Assembly (NCBI GenBank): GCA_003559395.1
Contig: PWLL01000008.1
Location: forward strand, 1 to 32,000
Direction of reading: 5' to 3'
DNA from: Candidatus Iainarchaeum sp.
GTDB lineage: Archaea > Iainarchaeota > Iainarchaeia > Iainarchaeales > CSSED10-239
DNA length: 32,000 bases
A program made the translations under genes and the position numbers. The notes under the pieces are model-generated. The model was given only the letters and a program-made list of their open reading frames with translations. It did no database searches and was not told the origin of the DNA. Shown here in pieces: positions 23,210 to 31,092 of this stretch (positions are counted from its first letter, which is position 1; each line of letters starts with the position of its first letter).

Positions 23210-25101
23210 ACTGTATCACCCATTTGTTGAACCAAGTTATAATCCAGGGCTATTCCATACAGTGTAGGCATGTTATGCATTCCGGTTACCGGTACTGGAG
23301 AATCTTCGTGCTCCTCTATAACTACTTCAAATCTACTGCCTACAGCATAAGTTTGAAGTCGCGCAGTATAAAGTCGTGCACCACCAGAACCAATCACTAC
23401 CTCTTTAGATTCAACCTCTTCATCATCCGCATATAAAGTAACAATAATCTTATACCCGTCAATGAAAGGGTTCTCCATCGCAACGTATATCCTGCTAACC
23501 TTTTTCTTTCTGAAAGGGTGTCCGAAATGGTATCGCGGAGAACGAATCTTCCATCTGGCCGGATCGTATTCAGGATCTCCTTCTGAGTCTAAACCCTGTT
23601 CAAAAACAATCATATTATTGTCGCTGGCAGCTAAAATATCACCGTTTAAGGTATAGCAAAAATCATTAATATGTATATCAGGGTATAAGGTAAATGAACC
23701 GAGATTGAAATCAAAAACCAGAACATTGTTATTTATACCAGTATCATCATCACAATACGACAGTAAATATCGCTCATGCTTACTATCGAACACCCCGGTT
23801 GCCTGTTCAGGATAAGTAATCTCTTTGATAATACTGGAGACCCTGTTCTTTGCAATATTGTTTATATAATTCTCTCTGGCCTCCATCGCCATAGATACAC
23901 CAATTATATTCGGCGACAGAGCATAAAGACCACCAGGGCCAAACATGGTAATAGAGCTGGTTGTAAGGTGTATCGTATTACTCGATAGTGTCCCTTCTGA
24001 AGTGGGTAGTTTCTCCCAGACAGCATCAATTTCTGGATCTATACCCCTCCAAGACCAGATCGAGTTCTTATAAAAAACTAAAACCGCGTCCATAAAGACC
24101 GCGAGGCCGGTTACTGGTCCATCTGCAGTCGTTGGATACAATACCGAGGTTTCTCTTATAGCTGGCGGATCATTAGGTTCACTGAAATAAAGCGCTGATT
24201 CGTTACCTTCTGCGCCGGCATAAAACATTCTAAAGCTCTTCGGATGGCGTACTGCAAACTTACACGTTTCAACGGGGTGCTCCTCATATTCAAATTGCTC
24301 ATCAGGATCTGTATCAACAAATGGCTCCTCTATATCCGGCTCGTTATAAAACTTATGTTCAATAGGGTCGGTAATCGTATCATAGTCAGGATGTGGTATA
24401 ACATCATGGAAGAGTTGATAGAACTCTTCACCATCAGCTAAAGTCATAAATGGCAGTACCCTCTGATAGTTAGGGTTGGGCATGATCCAGTCTACTCTAT
24501 AACTATCTGGAGGAGCCTCTACCTCTGCAACAGGCGAAGCCTGAGAAATGATCTCTCCTTCTTTAGTGACATAAACATATAAACATTTGTAGGTCCCTGA
24601 CGAAAAGGCGCCGCCACCAATTATCGTTTGAAATTCTACTACTGGAGCTTCCGGTGGTGCTGGTAGAGTATGTCTATCGTAAAAGAGTGTTACCTCCTCA
24701 ACCGTATCACCATCGTATACATACATCTGTTCTTCACCAATAAAGTATAACTTGTCTTGTAGAAAGAAGTATGCAATTCGGTCGTAACCAACGGCATGTA
24801 GCGGTTCAGATTCTTCGGTTTCGAATATATATTCCATTAAGGTTTGATCCGCTACAAAAAGCAGGGATGAAGTACCATCATCCCTCTGCCATTCAAACAC
24901 CTGTGTAATTTTTTCATAGAATCCCTCTTCAAAGAGGACCTGGCTGCTTTTTCTTTTCCTAAGACCGCCGCGTTTACTAAGTTCCACGTTCTCTGCAATC
25001 TGTAGTTCACTGCGATCTAAGTGATCAGGGCTGGCGTCTACGTTAAGGCCACCGGTATAGTTATAATCAACGTGTTGTATCACTCTGCTGGGATCAGGCA
25101 T
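23206..25101 (-). CDS. Putative tail tubular protein B / nozzle (T7 gp12-like), 631 aa
   Basis: N-terminus YTGGLNVDASPDHLDRSELQIAENVELSKRGGLRKRK parallels my recollection of T7 gp12 (LKGGISQQPDILRYPDQGSRQVNGW...GLQKRPP). Its size and its position after a 176-aa protein fit. The similarity was judged by eye only. Confidence 0.5.
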   Translation of the reverse strand: MPDPSRVIQHVDYNYTGGLNVDASPDHLDRSELQIAENVELSKRGGLRKRKSSQVLFEEGFYEKITQVFEWQRDDGTSSLLFVADQTLMEYIFETEESEPLHAVGYDRIAYFFLQDKLYFIGEEQMYVYDGDTVEEVTLFYDRHTLPAPPEAPVVEFQTIIGGGAFSSGTYKCLYVYVTKEGEIISQASPVAEVEAPPDSYRVDWIMPNPNYQRVLPFMTLADGEEFYQLFHDVIPHPDYDTITDPIEHKFYNEPDIEEPFVDTDPDEQFEYEEHPVETCKFAVRHPKSFRMFYAGAEGNESALYFSEPNDPPAIRETSVLYPTTADGPVTGLAVFMDAVLVFYKNSIWSWRGIDPEIDAVWEKLPTSEGTLSSNTIHLTTSSITMFGPGGLYALSPNIIGVSMAMEARENYINNIAKNRVSSIIKEITYPEQATGVFDSKHERYLLSYCDDDTGINNNVLVFDFNLGSFTLYPDIHINDFCYTLNGDILAASDNNMIVFEQGLDSEGDPEYDPARWKIRSPRYHFGHPFRKKKVSRIYVAMENPFIDGYKIIVTLYADDEEVESKEVVIGSGGARLYTARLQTYAVGSRFEVVIEEHEDSPVPVTGMHNMPTLYGIALDYNLVQQMGDTV

Positions 25102-25624
25102 GGCGTACCACCCTTACCTGACTGGGTTTACGTTTTCTGATAAGTGTATTAAATGTACTGGCAGCTAACTCTCTGAACTCGCCTATAAGCCGTACTCCAT
25201 CCGGGCTATGGTCGTCGTCTCTCAGTTTTATAAAACCGCGCATATATGAAACGAGTGCGCTTTTGTATAAAGAGTTAAGATCGATTATATCCGTTAATTT
25301 TTCAATGGATTCCGGCAACTTTCGAGCTGCCACTTTGTATGTTCCGCTTTCTGCAAAACGTATCAGATTATCTTCATACTGCCAGCGGTAATAAGGGTTA
25401 CCGTCCTCATCGACAACATGGATTACGGTTATGGCATCGTTAGGTATGACCGTCCATGCTTCTTCTGACTTATCATAATCTATAGTTACCTCGCCATAAG
25501 CCAGACCCAGCACTCCCATCTGATTAACGCTCTCGTTAATGATCATTACTGCATCGTCATTGTCAATACTGATCGGCAAAAAGTTTTCTGCCTCATCTAC
25601 TATCTTTTGAGCTTGAATAGGCAT
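25094..25624 (-). CDS. Putative tail tubular protein A / adaptor (T7 gp11-like by size and position), 176 aa
   Basis: CAGGAGGTGG SD. 8-nt overlap (ATGCCTGA) with the downstream 631-aa gene. The call rests on synteny and size, with only faint motif similarity. Confidence 0.35.
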   Translation of the reverse strand: MPIQAQKIVDEAENFLPISIDNDDAVMIINESVNQMGVLGLAYGEVTIDYDKSEEAWTVIPNDAITVIHVVDEDGNPYYRWQYEDNLIRFAESGTYKVAARKLPESIEKLTDIIDLNSLYKSALVSYMRGFIKLRDDDHSPDGVRLIGEFRELAASTFNTLIRKRKPSQVRVVRHA

Positions 25625-25649
25625 AAAACCACCTCCTGTTTAGGTTGGT

Positions 25650-26147
25650 TTAATCATCAGGAGAGCAGGGGATCCCCCAGGGGACCTCCTCATAAACCTC
25701 TGTTTCCCATTGAGAATCTCCGACATCTTTTATATCCCAACCCAGCCGGGAACTAACCAGAGTTAAGATGAATTCATTGAGCGTAAATATCCCATCAGGG
25801 TACAGTCTTATATTCTCTACGGTCATTGTCTGCCGTAGTTTCAGAGTATCTCCATGTTCAAGTTCAAGATCGTCTCCATCTATCAAAACTTCTTCGTCGT
25901 TTTCTAATAAACTATAAGGACCGTCGTTTTTAGACATCTCAATCTGTAGTTCTGCTATCGGAGGTATACTTTGCATAGTCCAGGATACATGTCCAAAATC
26001 TATCCTTGCGAAATCCTCAAATACCCCACCCTGTTCATCAGTTAAGGGTATTTCGGTTTCACGCACACCTACAAACGGGGCCACAAGGCCCAGATCCACT
26101 TCCAGAGCGTCAAGTTCACTATATAGCCCTTCGTATTCCCAGTCCAT
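25650..26147 (-). CDS. Hypothetical acidic structural-region protein (165 aa)
   Basis: GAAGGGGG SD. Good coding look. No recognisable motif. Confidence 0.6.
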   Translation of the reverse strand: MDWEYEGLYSELDALEVDLGLVAPFVGVRETEIPLTDEQGGVFEDFARIDFGHVSWTMQSIPPIAELQIEMSKNDGPYSLLENDEEVLIDGDDLELEHGDTLKLRQTMTVENIRLYPDGIFTLNEFILTLVSSRLGWDIKDVGDSQWETEVYEEVPWGIPCSPDD

Positions 26148-26170
26148 GACCTAGAACCCCGCCCCCTTCG

Positions 26171-26398
26171 TTATTCTTCTGGTTGTTCTTCGGACAGTAG
26201 AGCCTCCACTTCTTCTTCCGTTAAAAACTTCTTTTCTTCAGAATCGTAGTACACCGCACCCTGCCAGCCATTATCACCCGATATCGGTGCCTCGCCTACA
26301 ATAAAACCTACCGGATTTTTTGGAACGGTAAAGTTCCAGGTATGTATTTTATATATCCCCGAATGTTCTACCTCTTTACCACGCACTTCTACTGCCAT
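26171..26398 (-). CDS. Hypothetical small structural-region protein (75 aa)
   Basis: The ATG at 26398 follows AAAGGTGG by 11 nt; the ORF-track start at 26413 is a GTG. Confidence 0.5.
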   Translation of the reverse strand: MAVEVRGKEVEHSGIYKIHTWNFTVPKNPVGFIVGEAPISGDNGWQGAVYYDSEEKKFLTEEEVEALLSEEQPEE

Positions 26399-26415
26399 AT
26401 AAAAAAACACCACCT

Positions 26416-28539
26416 TTAAGGATTGGGAGCTATACTAAACTTAAAATCCAGGTGTAACCGGTGTGTGTTCGGTTTGTCAAGTTTAGGGTCGAATGTTACT
26501 CGTCCTACGAAATTATGATCTGAATAGAGTAAGACCTCTCCGATCTCACCCACACCTTCGTCAATATCTAATGTAACTCTAAAGGTCTGTTCATAACTAC
26601 CAGGAGTATAAGTACCGGGAGATACTTCATAAGGTGGATGTAACTCGTCAATGAAACTGCCTAAACGAATATGGTCTTGATCTAGCTCCTGGACAACATT
26701 AGAATCGCCAATAACAACCCGTGGAGTACCTTCAGCCCCAAAGAAAGAGCGTAAAGAATTTCTAGTTCCCATATCAAAATAGGCCGCCGCTGCTGATGAT
26801 GAAATACTATCAATAAACCCAGCATTTCCGACCATCACCGTATAGACAACATCTTCACCTTCTAAGCCACCCCCGGTGATCGTGGCGCTCCATGTTTTTG
26901 TGGGGTTGGTGACCTCTAGGACCCATTCCAATTCTAAACGATGGTACTCTTCCTTAACGAGTGCTGGTTCTACTAACTGCCGCGCTACACATTCCCCGTC
27001 AAACGGTTCAGCCGATTCAAAATCCGAGCTTCTTAATACGACATCATTTATTGTTCCTGTACCCACCCCTTCCTCGAAAGTCCAGGTATAACCCATTTCT
27101 CTGGATTCAACGGTAGGGTTGCCTGCACGCATAATAGAAAGAGCAGGGTATTCGGTATCAGTACTATTCGTGCCATCTGAACCGTCTGCCAGTATGAGTT
27201 GGGAACTGTCAGGACACCACCTCACCCAAGAAAATCTGGTGGAATATCGGTTAGGTCGAATTTGGTGGTTAAATTCTGCATATACTAATTCGTTCCGAGC
27301 TGCACTCTCTGCCAGATCAATCCCATCAATTCGACCGTTGCTACCGATCGCCAGAAACCTATTGTCAGGTGATATATCCATTGTCCTAACTGGTCTTGAA
27401 TATGAATCCGGACTCCAATCAACGAAGATAAAATCCTCAAAACCTGTTGCAGCACTTGCTGGCAGGTCTACTATCTCAAGTTCCCCGGCCTGGCTGCCAT
27501 CATTGTTGCCATACACAAAGTATTGACCATCAGTAGAAAACGCTGTATCTACAACAGCATTAGCCTGGGCACCGAGTTCTGACCTCGTTTCAAATAATAA
27601 TGCCACATTACCATTGTTCATTAACTCTTCTGCATCATATAGTCTAGCAGTACCCCTACTAGCTATCGTCCCTCCACCTCTACCAGATATAGCGTAATAC
27701 AGTCCGTCAGGAGAAACTACCGGTCCATAAGCTGTCGGCCAACATTGATTCGAGGAATAGTGTGCGGTAGGGGTCGTACTGGTATCAAATGCGTCAGCCA
27801 TATCATATATGTTGAGGTACGAAGAAGATGTTGTAAGAAGGTAAGCATCATCTACCGTCCAGGCCACACATCGGATAAGTTCCTCGCTTTCAACATCGGT
27901 AATCGGCGACCAGGAAACCTCTACGAGCTCATTAGCCACAATACTGGCCGCGAAGTCTACTATCATAATATCCTCTGTCGCCGCATGACCACCTAAAGCC
28001 AGGTAATTATCATCATGTGACCAACCAGCACTACTGTATCCAGGCATAGGACTCCAGTCTAACTCGACAAACTCTTCCCACCCTCCGGCCATAGTGGCAT
28101 CTATATCATAAATGTGTATTTCAATGTTTCCCATTTCATAAATAGCTAAGTATTTACCATCATGAGACCATGAAGGCCTCATAATATTGTCATCAATATC
28201 AACATCTATGTCCAGTGTTTGATAGTACCTATGACCAATATGATCGAAGGGGACGGTGTTTTGGGGGGAGAGATTAGACGCTAAGATATCTTCCGCTTCC
28301 GGTATACCATCAGATCTATCCGGCGCGATATCATTTGTGCCAATATAACACGCATTGAAAACCGCATCACTTAATAAGGCAGTACCGTTCGTAAAGTATG
28401 AGTCAAGGTATTCATCTAACAACAGGTTATTAAACTCTCTGGTTTCTACTACTTTTCCATTTCTGGTATCGGTCAGTTTCATCTTCACATGACCAGATAA
28501 GCCAATATTATTAGAAATGCTTATTGACTTTTCACCCAT
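26416..28539 (-). CDS. Fibre/appendage-like protein with an embedded seven-bladed beta-propeller, 707 aa
   Basis: TAGGAGG SD. The N-terminal 115 aa or so and C-terminal 230 aa or so carry fibre-collar-like strands (e.g. VGEIGEVLLYSDHNFVGRVTFDP). The middle carries seven WD40/PD40-like blades. Confidence 0.7.
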   Translation of the reverse strand: MGEKSISISNNIGLSGHVKMKLTDTRNGKVVETREFNNLLLDEYLDSYFTNGTALLSDAVFNACYIGTNDIAPDRSDGIPEAEDILASNLSPQNTVPFDHIGHRYYQTLDIDVDIDDNIMRPSWSHDGKYLAIYEMGNIEIHIYDIDATMAGGWEEFVELDWSPMPGYSSAGWSHDDNYLALGGHAATEDIMIVDFAASIVANELVEVSWSPITDVESEELIRCVAWTVDDAYLLTTSSSYLNIYDMADAFDTSTTPTAHYSSNQCWPTAYGPVVSPDGLYYAISGRGGGTIASRGTARLYDAEELMNNGNVALLFETRSELGAQANAVVDTAFSTDGQYFVYGNNDGSQAGELEIVDLPASAATGFEDFIFVDWSPDSYSRPVRTMDISPDNRFLAIGSNGRIDGIDLAESAARNELVYAEFNHQIRPNRYSTRFSWVRWCPDSSQLILADGSDGTNSTDTEYPALSIMRAGNPTVESREMGYTWTFEEGVGTGTINDVVLRSSDFESAEPFDGECVARQLVEPALVKEEYHRLELEWVLEVTNPTKTWSATITGGGLEGEDVVYTVMVGNAGFIDSISSSAAAAYFDMGTRNSLRSFFGAEGTPRVVIGDSNVVQELDQDHIRLGSFIDELHPPYEVSPGTYTPGSYEQTFRVTLDIDEGVGEIGEVLLYSDHNFVGRVTFDPKLDKPNTHRLHLDFKFSIAPNP
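27130..28188 (-). other. Seven-bladed beta-propeller insertion (aa about 118-470 of the 707-aa protein)
   Basis: Recurring blade signature: WSHDGKYLAI..IHIYD, WSHDDNYLALGG..IMIVD, VAWTVDDAYLLTT..LNIYD, VVSPDGLYYAISG..ARLYD, AFSTDGQYFVYG..LEIVD, MDISPDNRFLAIGS..IDGID, VRWCPDSSQLILA. Confidence 0.7.
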
Positions 28540-28559
28540 AAAAACTTATCCTCCTAAAG

Positions 28560-30566
28560 TTAAATTTCTACATAAAGGATTGCCTCTAATCTGAACTCGC
28601 CAACCTCTGTATGCTCTGTGGCCGCCAGCTGCTGTTTAAAGGCAACATCAAAGGCCATGGTCTGTGTTTCATCTTCGCCATAGACTGTTATTTCGTTATG
28701 ATCGGTCTCTTCATAATCCTGGTGATTTACTGCTACCTGATATGGGGCTGTAAAGGGTAAAAGATCAAACTGTACCTCACCGTTTGCATCTGTAGTACCC
28801 TCAACCGTCTCCTGGAATTGTTGTCCGATAACCGTGACATTAGCATCAGTCACCGTCTGGCCTTCTGGGTTATAGACTGTAATGGTAACCGTGTAGTGAG
28901 CATCCCACCATGCGATATCTTCGATTTCAAATAGCGATATCAGGGTAGTCTCTGCAGGTAACATTGTCTGCACAAAGGCCAGGTCAAATTCAGTCTGATA
29001 GGTTTCTTCTCCGTGGCTAATTAATATGCTGCTATGGTCAGCTTCTCCGTGTGTTTCGTGAGATAAGATAACATCGTAAGCAGTATCATACGGAAGCAGC
29101 GGCAAGATAACTTGACCGTTAGCATCTGTGAAACCTGTTACTTCTTCCTGGTCTCTTTGAGCCAGTACAGTTACTGTAGTATCGGGTACGACAGCTCCCA
29201 GATCATCATATACGGTTATTTCGATATCCATGGTATACATTTCAAGGTATATATCTTCAAGAATCAACTGATTCAACGCAGTTGTATCTTCAAAGAGCAG
29301 ATTCTGGGGCCAGGCGATATCGAATTCTTTGTATCGTGTTTCATCTGCACCGTAAACCAGTATAGTATTAAAATCTGCCTCGCCGTGTTCTGCGTGGGAT
29401 ATCAATACTTGATACTCGGTACTGTAAGGTCTTATAAGGAACGGTATCTGACCGTTGCTATCCGTTATCCCTGCTAACTCTTCCTGGTCTTGTTGCTCCA
29501 CCACAGTCACAAGGGTTTCCGGAACCGGATCCCCCTGATCATCATAAACCGTAATCAGAATATCGTATCGCATATCCTCTAACATGATATCCGAGAGTTC
29601 AAGATCCACTAAACTAATCTCTTCTACTCCAGATATATTCCTACCCAGCCACACCAGACGGCTTGAGATTACATAACGCAGTTCATTGTTGCTATCCCGG
29701 TATGCAACCATTAAATGAAAACCGGTATCGCGGTATGTATATGTTGAAGGGCCAATCGGTATCAGGGCCTGATAGGCTGCAAGCATTCTTTTCTCGCCCG
29801 GTTCAGTCATGCCTACCTCATGTTCAACATCATACCCTTCATCGGCCCTGCGATAATACAGGGTCATCCCATCCTGCGATTGATAGAATAATACAAGGTC
29901 TGTATTTTTATGAAATGTTTCGGATACCATCCATCCTGACCGTTCTTCAAATTGTTCATACCGGTAATTCTCTGGATCGGCATCCAACACCAGCGCAGGA
30001 AACTTACCACTGGCTACATTACGAATTGCAGCACCTTCATACGGGGGTTCTATAATCCATATCTCATGTTGGTCCGTACCAGCAGGAACGAGTTCTACCG
30101 ATGTCACATAATCCCCATTGGAATTAAACCCTATAGTGGGGTTCATACTGCCAGAGGGAGCATAAACTATCTGCACTGGTGGTTGCCAGGTTTGGGTATT
30201 AATATCATACTGAGTGAGCATAATCCTTTGTTGCTCATCGGTATAGATCGTCCATATCCTGCTATAATCTAAGCCTGGTTCACCTAAAGTTGTAGGACCA
30301 TAAGTCGAATGGGTCTCGGCAAATGGCGCCAGTGCACCCTGACTTATTGCGCGCATTAGATCGAGTTCTCCGGTAGAGAAATCAGGCTGAGTTGTTTCTA
30401 TATAATTCCAGGGGTGCATCGCTCCTATAGGATCCCAGGGATTGACAATACAAACGAAGGTCTCACCACGAATAGTAGCGCTAACAGTTGATACTGCGCC
30501 ACCATGTATCACTTTATAACCCGCACCCTCAGTAGCAATATTAACAGTACATGTGATATTGGCCAT
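28560..30566 (-). CDS. Structural/appendage protein with three tandem domains of about 112 aa (CarboxypepD_reg / prealbumin-like impression), 668 aa
   Basis: AGGTGA SD. The N-terminal 317 aa or so are unassigned. A unit then occurs three times containing I(T/E)ITVYD..G..V....VTV........G.TD.NG.......PY...Y.V...H..(H/Y)(G/E)E.D......(H/Y)GE(D/E)E(T). Confidence 0.7.
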   Translation of the reverse strand: MANITCTVNIATEGAGYKVIHGGAVSTVSATIRGETFVCIVNPWDPIGAMHPWNYIETTQPDFSTGELDLMRAISQGALAPFAETHSTYGPTTLGEPGLDYSRIWTIYTDEQQRIMLTQYDINTQTWQPPVQIVYAPSGSMNPTIGFNSNGDYVTSVELVPAGTDQHEIWIIEPPYEGAAIRNVASGKFPALVLDADPENYRYEQFEERSGWMVSETFHKNTDLVLFYQSQDGMTLYYRRADEGYDVEHEVGMTEPGEKRMLAAYQALIPIGPSTYTYRDTGFHLMVAYRDSNNELRYVISSRLVWLGRNISGVEEISLVDLELSDIMLEDMRYDILITVYDDQGDPVPETLVTVVEQQDQEELAGITDSNGQIPFLIRPYSTEYQVLISHAEHGEADFNTILVYGADETRYKEFDIAWPQNLLFEDTTALNQLILEDIYLEMYTMDIEITVYDDLGAVVPDTTVTVLAQRDQEEVTGFTDANGQVILPLLPYDTAYDVILSHETHGEADHSSILISHGEETYQTEFDLAFVQTMLPAETTLISLFEIEDIAWWDAHYTVTITVYNPEGQTVTDANVTVIGQQFQETVEGTTDANGEVQFDLLPFTAPYQVAVNHQDYEETDHNEITVYGEDETQTMAFDVAFKQQLAATEHTEVGEFRLEAILYVEI
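28608..29615 (-). repeat. Three diverged in-frame tandem repeats of 336 nt (112 aa)
   Basis: The ITVYDD / ITVYDD / ITVYNP anchors fall at aa 338, 450 and 562 of the 668-aa protein, giving an exact 112-aa period. Confidence 0.75.
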
Positions 30567-30604
30567 TAATACTCACCTACGCTCATTTCTACACGTTAAG
30601 ATTA

Positions 30605-30955
30605 TCACTCTGCGGCTTCGTGAGAGATTCCTGTATCATCGGCAATAAGAATGTACTGTCCTGAGTTCGTAAAGGTTTCTGGATCTAAATCTTTACCACC
30701 GTATTCTATGCCTCCCGTTTCATCTGCATAGCCTCGCCAACCTTGGACGATTATACCGCCGCCAGAAATGTTAAAAGCAAGGTTCTCGATTGGCCGTATC
30801 AGTCCTTCTACGGGGTCTGTCCAGTTTACGGACTGCCTTGAGTAATACTCATCATCTATTTCGTTACCTTGATCGTCAACCAGTCCGATATAATTAACAA
30901 TACTGCCACCATGATTGGCTATAGCATTGAGATAATCTTCGTTCATACCCGCCAT
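30605..30955 (-). CDS. Small fibre-collar-like protein (116 aa)
   Basis: The ATG at 30955 follows TAGGAGGG by 6 nt; the ORF-track start at 30973 is a GTG. The pattern GGSIVNYIGLVDDQGNE....Y.RQSVNW...........L.FNISGGG.IVQGW.GY resembles small minor-tail/fibre N-terminal domains. From memory only. Confidence 0.55.
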   Translation of the reverse strand: MAGMNEDYLNAIANHGGSIVNYIGLVDDQGNEIDDEYYSRQSVNWTDPVEGLIRPIENLAFNISGGGIIVQGWRGYADETGGIEYGGKDLDPETFTNSGQYILIADDTGISHEAAE

Positions 30956-30974
30956 AATAATCCCTCCTATCACT

Positions 30975-31010
30975 AAAAAAATATAAACCTGGAGCTTGAT
31001 TACCCCAGGC
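30975..31010 (-). terminator. Weak terminator-like hairpin after the LRR gene
   Basis: Minus-strand RNA GCCUGG, 12-nt loop, CCAGGU, then UUAUAUUUUUUU. The stem is only 6 bp including one G-U pair. Confidence 0.3.
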
Positions 31011-31092
31011 TATAAGGACCGGTTACAATAATCTCACATGAATACAGGCAAACAACCTCACCTGACATTCCTGCTCTGTCTATCCGGCATCT

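Noticed and set aside
391-30272. All plus-strand ORFs in the track (e.g. 391..786, 5893..6249, 16881..17321, 19490..19951, 27119..27526, 29663..30055)
   Set aside because: Each lies entirely antisense to a strong minus-strand gene, lacks an SD, and has low-complexity or Ser/Leu/Arg/Cys-rich shadow-frame composition.
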